In this document: piece by piece, positions 53,862-64,000 of the stretch
Numbering within the stretch: the first letter of the stretch is position 1
Layout of the letters: every line of letters starts with the position of its first letter
Source: Lama guanicoe
Taxonomy: Eukaryota
NCBI GenBank assembly: GCA_013239625.1
Contig: MU053513.1
Coordinates: 2,406,927 to 2,470,926 of the forward strand
Length of the DNA stretch: 64,000 bases
Direction of reading: 5' to 3'
Translations under genes and position numbers: made by a program
Notes under the pieces: model-generated
Told to the model about the DNA's origin: nothing
Seen by the model: the letters and a program-made list of their open reading frames with translations, nothing else
The model's database searches: none

Positions 53862-55845
53862 TTTTTTAAAAAAAATTGAAATGCAACTGACATAAAATAA
53901 TGTAAGTTTAGGATGCACAACACATCGATTTGAAGCATTTGTGTGTTACAATATGAGTACCACTGTAATATTAGCTAACACTTCTACCACCCCACATAAT
54001 TAACACTTCTTTCTGATGGTGAACATTTAAGATCTGGTCTCTTAGCAACTCTGAAATATATAATTTAGTACTGTTGACTATAATCATAATGCTGTGCATT
54101 AGATCTCCAGAACTCATTCCTCTTCTAACTTCAAGTATGTGTCCTTTGACCAGCATCATCTCCTCAATTCCCCCACCCCACAGCCCACATTCTACTGTTT
54201 CCACGAGTTCAGCTTTTTCAGATTCCACATGTAAATGATATCACACAATATTTATCTTTCTCTGTCTGACTTACTTAGCATAACACTCTCAAGATCCATC
54301 TATGTTGTTGCAAACGGCAAAATTTCCTTCTTTCTCATAGCTGAGTAATGTTTATATTCATATACATCACATGTCCTTTATCCATTCATCCATTGATGGA
54401 CACTTAGGTTATTTCCGTATCTTGACTATTATGAATTACGCTGCAGTGAACATGGGGGTACCTGTATCTTTTCAATATGCTGTTGTCATTTTCTTTGGAT
54501 ATGTAACCTGAAGTGGGATTGCTGGATCATATGGTAAGTTGATTAAATTTTTGAAGACTCCTGTTTACTGTAGTGGCTGAACCAGTTTACATTCACCAAC
54601 AGTGCATGAGGGTTTCCTTTTCTCTACATCCTCACCAACACCTGTTATTTATTGTTTTTTGATTTTAGTCATTCTAACAGGTGCTAGATGATATCTCATT
54701 GTGGTTTTGATTAGAATTTTCCAGATGATTAGGGATGTTGAACATCTTTTCATGTTGGCCATTTGGATATCTTCTTTGGAAAAATGTCTATTCAATTCTT
54801 CTGCCCATTTTAAAATTGGACTGTTTGCTTTTTTTAATGTTGAGTTGTATGAGCTATTTATACATTTTGGATATTAACTGTTTATCTGGTATGGTTTGAA
54901 ACCATTTCTCCCATTCCAGTTTGCCTTTTCATTTTGTTGATTTTCTTCCGTGGTGCAGAAGCTTTTTAGTTTGATGTAGTCCCACTGGTTGATTTTTTAT
55001 TTTGTTGTTTATGCATTTGGTATCATATCTAAAAATTTATTGCCAAGTCAACATCAAATAGCTTTTCCCCTATTTTTCCTTCTGGGAGTTTTATGGTTTC
55101 AAGTCTTATGTTTAAGTCTTTAATCCATTTTGAGTTCATTTTTGTGAAGCTAGGAATCCAATTTCATTTTTCTAAATTTTTCTAAATGTGGTTATCTCAT
55201 TTTCCCAGCACCATTTATTTAAGAGGCTATTCTTTCCGCATTGAGACTTCTTGGCCCCTTGTCAGGTATTAGCTAATGTTATATGTGGGAGTTTATTTCT
55301 GGGCTCTATATTATGTTCTCTTGGTCTGTGTGTTTATTTTTATGCCAGTGCCATACTGTTTTGATTAATATATCTTTGTAATAAAGTTTGAAATCAGGAA
55401 GTGCAATGCCTCTAGTTTTGTTCTTTCTCAGGATTGCTGTGCCTATTCTAGGTCTCGTGGTGCCATACATATTTTAGAGTTTTTCTATTTTTGTGAAAAA
55501 TGCCATTGGAATTTTGATAGAGATGGCATTGAATCTATAAAAGGCCTTGAGTAATATGTATATTTTAACGATATTAATTCTTATGTTCCATGAACACAGG
55601 ATATCTTTCCATCCATTTGTCTTCTTCAATTTACTTCATCAAAGTCTTCTAGTTTTCATTGTATAGATCTTTTCCTTCCTCGGTTAATTTATTTCTGAGT
55701 ATTTTATTGATGCTATTGTGAACAAGATTGCTTACTTTATTTCTTTTCTAGATATTTTGTTGTTAGTGTATAGAAACACAACTGCTTTCTGTATGCTAAT
55801 TTCATATCTTACAACTTCACTGAACTTGTTGATTAGTTTCAACAT
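53862..55845 (-). mobile_element. L1 (L1MA9-like), ~2 kb 3' part
   Basis: Antisense 3' UTR 'gaacatttaagatct...tcttagcaact', 'gattccacatgtaaatgata', continuing into antisense ORF2 ('tttcccagcaccatttatt', 'ccatgaacacaggatatctttcca'). Confidence 0.93.
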
Positions 55846-56544
55846 TTTAAAGAGTTTGGATTAACTACTAGAACATCACTATCTTCACTCATGAAGTTGC
55901 ACTGCTGAGAGAACATTGTGACAGGTAAGGATTCTTTTCCTTTTAAGTAATGGTCTCAGTCACTGAATGACAAGTGACAATGGGGTGCCTATAAAGTCCA
56001 TAGACAAGGTCTATTGGGCACAGCTGGATACAAAATTTCCTTGCCTCTTCTGTGTTCCAAACTACCATGTCACCTGATATTATTACTACACTTGGCTGAT
56101 TTTTGTCACAACTCTGCACATGAAACTCCTTAGGATCCAGAACACGGCTGTCACAGGGGTGGTGGCCAGGTAGGGGGTGTACACTCTCCACCCTGTAATG
56201 GGCCCATTCAGGTTGACAGAAGGTCAGTTACCAAGAGACCTCACTCACGTAGATTCAAAGCAAACCTCAAATAGTTTTATGATGATTCAATCTTTGTTTC
56301 AGCTTCCAAAAAGGTCAAGGGGGAAACTTAAGGGATTTGACAGATTTTTAGAAAAGCAAATGGTACAAAAAAAAATGACATTTTCTTAGAGGCTTTCCAC
56401 AGCAGCATTGTCTTAAACCTATTTCAAAAGTAAGAAAAAAATCTAAAAGCCTACTGCTCATGACTGATTTCAAAATGTTTACATTTGTGTGCTACGCCAC
56501 ATTTCAGGGCTAAGGACAACCAGAGTATGATAAGCATCTTCTAT

Positions 56545-56785
56545 CAATGACTGATATTTCCCTGACTGAGTGCTTCCTACGTGCTGGGTATTGTACTAAA
56601 GGAATGACATTTATTGTCTTATTATCATATTAAATCCTCCCAATAATCCAATGAGGTAGATATCGCTACTCATATTATATTACAATTATAGAGGGGACTG
56701 AGGCTCAAAAATAAAGTGAATTGCCCCATATCACCGTCAGTGAATGGCAGATCTAGGGATGAAATCTGCTCTGTGTCTTCAAAGA
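56545..56785 (-). mobile_element. MIR SINE
   Basis: 'ctgagtgcttcctacgtgctggg...taaatcctcccaataatccaatgaggtag...gactgaggctca...aattgccc...tggcagatctagggatgaa'. Confidence 0.85.
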
Positions 56786-58284
56786 CTGTGCCCTCAAACA
56801 TTATGCTACAATTCTCCTTTTCTCGTGCCTCTGTCTTCCTTTTGCTCACATTTTACACCCTTTTTATGTCTCAAGTGCCATCACGTGATTGCATCTTTCT
56901 CCGGTAGGAGGGATGGAATCCAAGTCCATCTATCCGTCCTTCTGTCTGTCCATCCCTTCCTCCCTCCCTTCTTTCCTTCTCTACTAACAAAGTTTTACTA
57001 AAGCTATTCTGAGGGCTGGGTCTCCAAAGCTCTCACAATCCCTAAGGGCAGGATCTACATTTTTCTATTGTGAAATTCCCCATGCTTGCCACAACTGCGG
57101 ATATAAATTAAAGGGTGAATCATGAACGATCGAACAAAATCTTGCTCTCTAGGAACGTCACGTGCCTGGGGCCACAGCAAAGAGTCTGGACGCCCCAACA
57201 AGTGATAGCTGCTGGTGAGAATAAACAGGTTATCATGGATGACTTCATTTTGGGGAACAGCCTATAAAGCAGTTAGAGGTACTCACTATTCTGTTGCATA
57301 TTTACTCCTCTCCTTTTCTCTGCACAACTGGGCAGACTGATGTGCAAAACCTTAAAATGAGAGATTTAATTATATGTGCTGGAGGTACCAAGTGTGTTTT
57401 ATGTTGGTTCATCCATTGCTTAAAATACTCTAGATACAAGAAAGCTGATTTTTTTTCCCCTTAGTTCCTCTGTTGTCAGCTACAAGGGACCCTTTTTTAA
57501 TATATGTGATTGTGTGGTGTTGATTAAGGGTCCTCTGTTTTTCCAATTATTTATTCAACAACAATCTCATTATATATATAAAAGTGAGATTAATTTGAGT
57601 GGAATATTTACAATACATTCAGATGTTTCTAGAGTTGAAAGAAAAGTTTGGGATACTGTTTTTACTCTATTCATAAACATAGACTATTCAGATAAGTATC
57701 AGAAACCCCATGTATCTTCACTGCTTGCAAGTAATGGTGACTACCTTCTGGGATAAATGGAGAATCACTGAGACTCAAGAAAACAAAAATCCTAAACATG
57801 GCTTCTCTTTATTTAAGATCTACCTATGGTTTTGCTTATTGCAAAATACAATCTTTTTGAAACAACAGCAAAAAACCCCAAAAAACAAAAAGCCAAAGAA
57901 GCCCTAAATAATAATAGCAGCACTGAAAAAGGCAGAGTCTTTTTCTCTGTCCATAGTAAGACTCTCACGGGAGAACTTTTATTTGAGACTGTCACGTATG
58001 AGTTGTGAAATCAAACTTCCCGCAAGTGTGAGCTCTGAGAGACCTGAGACATTTCACAGCCTTTTAACTACTTACTCAATAGTGTACAAAGCAGACTTGT
58101 TTGTAGCCTGTATAAACCTAACAAACTCTCAGTTGCACACGCACTTCACAGGACCTTTGGAAATAACAGACCATGATTCTCTTCCTCAACTATTGATAAT
58201 CATTGTTCATGCTAAGCGTGTAGGAACATGTGACACCTGGTAAGGCTAGTGACTATTTATATGAAATAACTGATGAAATATAAC

Positions 58285-59400
58285 GAGGATCCATAAATAA
58301 ACCCTTGCATTTATGAATAATTTACTTTTGACAAGGTCTCTTGGCAACTGAGTGGAGAAAGAATAATTCTTTTCAACAAATAGTGCTGGGACAGCTATAT
58401 ATCCACCTGCAAGATGCGAGGATGAAGTTGGGCCCTATGCCACATCGTACACACAGTTTGAACTGGATCAGAAAATTAAATGTAAGAGCTAAAGCTATAA
58501 CATTCTTAGAAGAAAACAGAAGTAAATCGTCATGATCTTGGACTAGGCAATGTTTTGGTTTTTTTAAAACTATGACACCAAAAATACAAATGATAAAAGA
58601 CAAAAAATGGATAAGTCAACATCATCGAAATGAAAACCTATGTTTCACTAGGCTAATGCAGATAAAAACCGCAATGAGATACTACTTCATACCCACTAGG
58701 ATGGCTAGAATGAAAAAACACAGATGATAACAAGCGTCAACAAGGATGTGGACACATTTAGAACCCTCATACATTGCTGGTCAGATGGTAAAATGATGCA
58801 GCCTCTTTGGAAAACCAATTCAGAATTACTCAAAAGGTTAAACCCTAGATTACCATATTACCCAGTAATTTCACTCGTAGGTTTACACCCAGGAAAAATG
58901 AAGGCATGTATTCACACAAAAACTTGTATTGGAATGTTCATTATTCAGTATTTTTAATAGCCAAAAAGTGGGAAAACCCAAATGTCAATCAACTGATGAA
59001 TGGATAAATGTAGTGTGTATATATATATATATATATACAAGGGAATATTATTCAACAGTAGAGAAGAAATAAGGTCTGACACATGAATGAAGCTTTAAAA
59101 ATTATGCTAAGTGAAAGAAGCCAGTCACAAAGGGCCAAATGTTGAATGATTTAACTCATATGAAATTTCCAGAATAGGTAATCCATAGAAATAGAAAGTA
59201 GATTAGTGGAAGCCAGGCAATGAGGAGAGAGGAGAATGAGAAGTAACCGCTATTAAGTATCGGGTTTCTTTTAGGGGTGATGGAAATATTCTAAATTTAG
59301 ATTGTGATCATGATTACAGAAGTCTGTGAATACGCTAAAAACCAATGAACTGTATACTTTGACAGGATGAGTTAAATGTCAATAAAGCTGTTATTAAAAA
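58285..59400 (+). mobile_element. L1 (L1MB7/8-like) ORF2 end and 3' UTR, with an internal deletion near 58646
   Basis: 'ttttcaacaaatagtgctgggaca', 'atgagatactacttcatacccactaggatggct', 'attatgctaagtgaaagaagccagtcacaa', 'tcaataaagctgtt'; the stretch matching ~300-535 of the first L1 is missing. Confidence 0.9.
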
Positions 59401-60340
59401 TCTAATCAGATCAAAAAAAAAATTTGTTGAACAGTTGCTTTATTGCCTGTCTTTTCCAAGTATTCTGGGAGCTCCAAGTCAGAGTCCTACTGTGTCCCCC
59501 AGTGCACCTAGCTGAGAGACTAGAAATTAAAATTTGTCACCCAAGAATTTTTTAATAGCCGAATTGAAAACACTTAAGAATGTCAGCTAGGCAAGGAATC
59601 AGAAAGTCCACCCACCTATCTACTCCTATTGAAAAACTGATTTATATGTATATTTTGGCCAAATGAGATTTTAAAAATGAACACAGTAAGAAGAAATTTA
59701 GGGTAAAAATGACGGGGTTGGGGAGGGCTTCCCTTATCCCGCTTAAAGTCAAAGTTAGAAATCCAATAATGAATTACATTTTCTTGTGTGTTCTTTGGTT
59801 TGGGGGTAAAGTTGCCCTTAAAGTTGTTCCTCAGTTGCTCCACTTACAATTTTTATTCCATTCACAGGACCAGATCTTTTATTATTATTTTTAAGTCTAT
59901 GCTTCAGATGAAATCTCTTGCCATGTTTGATGACCACCTAAATCAATTACTGACATTGTTCTATTCCAACACTCTAAATTTTTTTTTTTAATATATGGTT
60001 GGGACACTGTGCTAAAAGAATTACTAAACAAAAAATATTTTCACCTTCCACAAATAGAAGTCTGCATAATAAGAGAGTTTTATTGGAAAGACTTGATATT
60101 ATTTGCTGCCAACCCCTCTATACAATCTTCCACTTTCCCACTTTTAATTATGCTTAAATTGACACATATAGTGTGAACTCAGCTATGTAAAAATAATGTA
60201 CGTAGAAGACAGGCCTTAAGAAAGTTTCTACAATGATTATGTCATCTTTAGTATAGAAAATTCCTGGAGATTTTTATTTTATTCTTCTACCTTTCTATAT
60301 TTCTAAATTAACCATAATAACCATGTATTTATTTTAAAAA

Positions 60341-60409
60341 ATATTTACAATGGCCAAGATGTGGAAACAACTTAAATAGCCACTGACAGATGACTGGATA
60401 AAGACTGTA

Positions 60410-60455
<46 letters not shown>
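60341..60455 (+). mobile_element. Short L1 fragment running into a (TG)n(TA)n microsatellite
   Basis: 'acagatgactggataaaga' is identical to 871-889; dinucleotide runs ~60405-60455. Confidence 0.8.
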
Positions 60456-60460
<5 letters not shown>

Positions 60461-61254
60461 GTAAAATTGGAGATAATGCAAGCAGGCAGACTTTTGTCAC
60501 TCATTATTCACATAAAACTCTCAAACATAATTTCACATTATTTTTTACATTAAGAGTTATTGATCAAACAATAAAATGTACAAGAGAATTATCCTGATCA
60601 AATCCATAACTGTGATAGGTCAGATGAAATCTCTGAAACTGGAAAACCTTTCCTAAATGAAGACCTACTTACCAACTGAAGCAATCAAGACGTGTGTAAG
60701 CCTCCGCTGTACTCTAGCCTCAGGCCTGCAAACAGGGGCAGGTCTGGACACACATAAAACATAGGTATACAAAAAGACTAAAAATTATAGGAGGGAAAAA
60801 TGTATAAAAGGCAAATGCTAACCAAAGGAAATCTTTATGGCAATCAGCAAAATGGAAGCAAAACAGGGTTTAACTCACATACACTTTTTAAGAAAACACG
60901 TAACATGTTCACATTTAGGTTTAAAAAGATAAAGAAGGCAATGCAAAAAGTTGGCAGAAAGAAACCAAAATTATATCATTACTTATACCAAAGTGGCAAG
61001 ATTAAAGGAATATTTCCCCTCTCTATTTTTCAAAACATTTACGTTATTTTTAGACAAATATAATTAGTGCAATTAATGGCTTCTCCCCTTCTTTATTTTT
61101 TTACTGTAATTTTTACTTTTTTGCATGAAGGCGGGAGCAGCTACGGGTAGAGCAGCCTTTACAGGTGTGAGGTGATGGGAGCTGGACACTCAGGTGCTGT
61201 CACAAGGATGGGAAAGGAAGGAGGAAGGAAGGAAGAACTTCAAAAATATCTATG

Positions 61255-61731
61255 AGAACTCCAGTGTTCAATGCAGCATTATTTCCAATGGCCAAAAGGT
61301 GGAAACAACGTTAAGTGCCCATCAAAAGATGAATGGATAAACAAAATGTAGCTTATCCATTAAATGGAATACTGTTCCACCATGAAAAGGAACAGTTCTG
61401 ATACAAGCTTCAACGTGGATGAAAAGATAATGCTAAGTGAAATGTCAGACATAAAATGACAAATAATTGAATGACTTCACTTTATGAAATATCTAGAATA
61501 GCAAATTCATAGAGACAGAAAGTAGAATGGAGTTTACCAGGAGTTGGAGGGAGGGGAGAATGGGGAGTCATTACTTAATGGTTACTCGTCTGTTTGAAGT
61601 GATATTTTGGAAATAGTGGTGACAATTGACATCTCTGTGAATTAATTAAAATGCCACTGAATTGTACACTTAAAAATGGTTAAAATATCAAATTTTATGT
61701 TATATATGTGTCATCACAATAAAAACACTTT
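61255..61731 (+). mobile_element. L1MB-like 3' part
   Basis: 'atggccaaaaggtggaaacaa', 'gatgaatggataaacaaaatgt', 'aaattcatagagacagaaagtagaatgg', 'atgccactgaattgtacacttaaaaatggttaa'. Confidence 0.9.
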
Positions 61732-61746
61732 AAAAAGGGGATCAGA

Positions 61747-62026
61747 GAGATATAGAGAACAAACTGGTGGTTACCAGTGGGGTGTGGGAACAGGGAAGGG
61801 GCAATACAGGAGCAGGGGAGTTAAGAGGTACAAACTATTTGATATAAAATAAGCTAAAAGGATATATTGAACAACATGGGGAATATAGCTAATATTTTAT
61901 AATAACTATAAATGGAGTATAACCTTTAAAAATTGTGAATCATATTGTATACCTATAACATATTGTACAGCAATATTCAATTAAAAAATAAAGTGGGTGT
62001 CTTGTAAACAAAACCGACAAAAAAAA
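61747..62026 (+). mobile_element. 5'-truncated L1 3' UTR with 15-bp TSD and a short 3' transduction
   Basis: TSD AAAAAGGGGATCAGA (61732-61746) / AAAAAGTGGATCAGA (62027-62041); L1 3' UTR 'agaacaaactggtggttaccagtgggg', 'aacatggggaatatagctaatatttt'. Confidence 0.9.
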
Positions 62027-62199
62027 AAAAAGTGGATCAGAAGGACTGAGTGATGCTTCACTCCAGAGATAAAGGAGAGAGTTCAGGCACCAAAACAAAG
62101 GGCTGATTTAATAAGGAGCTTATTGGCAGAGATCACGTGTTCTCTGACCCATCTCCTTACCTGGAAGCCACCAAACCAAGATGTATAAAATACAACCCC

Positions 62200-62690
62200 T
62201 GCCAGTTGGCTGTCATGGGAGAGGCAGGCCCTGATGTCTTTAATGACAGAATTATTCTACCTGTGAATTGTTAGAATAATGGGGAGTTCGGAGATTATGC
62301 CAAAATCAAGAAACAACACTTAGCACCTATTTGAAAAAATGTAAAAAAGAGTGGCTCAGAGACACCATCGAGCACGAAAAATGGGTCAAAAAGGACAGTC
62401 GTAGAATTCAAGAACCTGGGTAAAAGGAAGATAAAGGAATCAAAATGTTGTCTAAAACTAGGAGATAAAAAAGAAATACAGAAAAGGTTGCTGATTAAGA
62501 AGGTGATACTTAGAAGTATTTGTGCTGGAAAATTTCTTTTTAGGGAAGACAGTTACGTCAAAGTGAACCTGTACCGTATATGGACAAGCAATTAGACCTG
62601 TAACATAGATGGACAGGGGGTTAAATCCTGGAGTGGAAACCCAGAAACTGAAGACCAACATGAGGTATACCTCTGGCAAGGGCCCACTCA
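62200..62690 (+). mobile_element. Possible very old RTE/RTE-X-like LINE reverse-transcriptase fossil
   Basis: Frame +1 with stops gives ordered motif look-alikes GPDVFN, GDYAK, VVEFKNLG, EIQKRL, KVNLY, GVKSW; AIRPVT in frame +2. Confidence 0.35.
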
Positions 62691-64000
62691 GTGATCATGA
62701 AGATGATGATCATCTCTAACCGAGTCCAGGAAGCTCATGAGTTTGCTACCAGCTACGCCCCCAAAATAGCTACTGATGGGTTGGAGGGAATTTAGAGAAA
62801 AGTGACAAGAAGCATTAAGGGACTGCTGGGAATGCTTCATAAAAGTGAAAAATTCTGGAACACATTTTGTAACCAAGCAAACAGGCAGGGGATGAAAGGA
62901 AGGGCTGGAAGCACCACCACACCTGCCAAGTGCTGGAGAGTTGTAAACAACAGGGAAAGAAAGGGGAGTTCACGCTGGTGAGGGATGCCCACATGTTCAG
63001 GATTGATAAGCGGAGACCTCAGCACAAATATCAAGACATATTTATTAATTATTCCAACTCTAGGTGGAATATAGCTGGGTTTTAAGCTATTAAAATAAGT
63101 CTTTAACTAGGATCTAACAGTACAGAGCTCATGCTTTCCTGTGCATCACCAATCACATCATACTGTAAGACAGTACACACACAGACCCCCACATACCTGA
63201 CCTACATGAATAAAAGCAGGAAGTACATTAAAATGTCAAAGAAACACAGATCTGAAATGTACGAAAAGCTCTCTAAGGAAATACTTTAAGTTATCAACGG
63301 TAATTATGTCTTGGTGGTAGGTTTCTGAATAACTGCTATTTCCTTTTTACCATTTGCTATTTTGAGAAGACACTGAGAATATACGCATTTACAACCGGGT
63401 GGGGGTAAAGTTGGTTTCTCAGAACTAACATTCTGCCTCTCTTCTCTCTTATTTCTTTTTCAACATGCTATTGTGGGGATGACGCAGAGCAGCTTTTCCC
63501 AGAGAGAAGGCATTCCGTGCTCTCAAATGTGGCCTACGGGCATAGTCTTCGTGAAACAGGACTGAGGTGGGTTTAGTTTAGAGCTTGGCAGAATATCCTG
63601 TAAGATACAGGTCTGCCCCCTTTCCATCCTTCAGACCTTCTCAAGGGTGAGACCCCATCAGGATGCTCTGTGGACCATTAAGAATGGCCCTTCACGGTGC
63701 AGACCAGCCAATCCTGGAATTCATAACTCCCTCGAGGACCTGAGCCTACTCATCTTAGAGGGCCACTCAGGTGCTCATTTCAGAAAACAAACAAAAGCAA
63801 AAACACCGCAACCATTGTAAGTCCTAGACAGTGGAAATTATTTTCGACTGAGTCCTTGTCCACTGATGCTCCATTCTGTTATCACACAGCACAGCAAATC
63901 ATAGTCAAGTGTAATAATGTCAAACAGATGTGACCCCTTTGTAGCTACTACACAGCCCACGACAAGCCACCCTTACTGCCTTTCTAGAACCCAGTCAGTA

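Noticed and set aside
1..64000. CRISPR arrays, operons, tRNA/rRNA genes, processed pseudogenes or a novel multi-gene system
   Set aside because: No regularly spaced repeat-spacer array, gene-dense region or recognisable RNA gene or retrocopy; the content fits ordinary mammalian non-coding DNA.

Overview
AT-rich placental-mammal genomic DNA, intergenic or deep intronic. I recognise no protein-coding exon or RNA gene. The ORF-track peptides with recognisable homology are broken L1 ORF2 pieces; the rest look like chance frames. The window is a layered transposon record: young and old L1, L2, MIR, MaLR (MLT1) solo LTRs, a Tigger1-derived MITE, a Tigger13a-like relic and microsatellites. The young L1 3' UTR type, and no recognisable Alu, Bov-tA/BovB, PRE-1, CHR-2 or Can-SINE, suggest a cetartiodactyl, probably a camelid (inference). 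Family names come from recalled consensus sequences, not a database search; boundaries are approximate unless TSD-defined. I found no convincing new multi-gene system. Best observations: a 365-bp TSD-flanked element joining an L1 5' end to an L1 3' end (18472-18836); an L1 3' transduction (61993-62018); a diverged local duplication whose second copy appears to split a MIR; an L1 with a 30-bp TSD; a possible RTE-like RT fossil (62200-62690); a strong CTCF-like motif.
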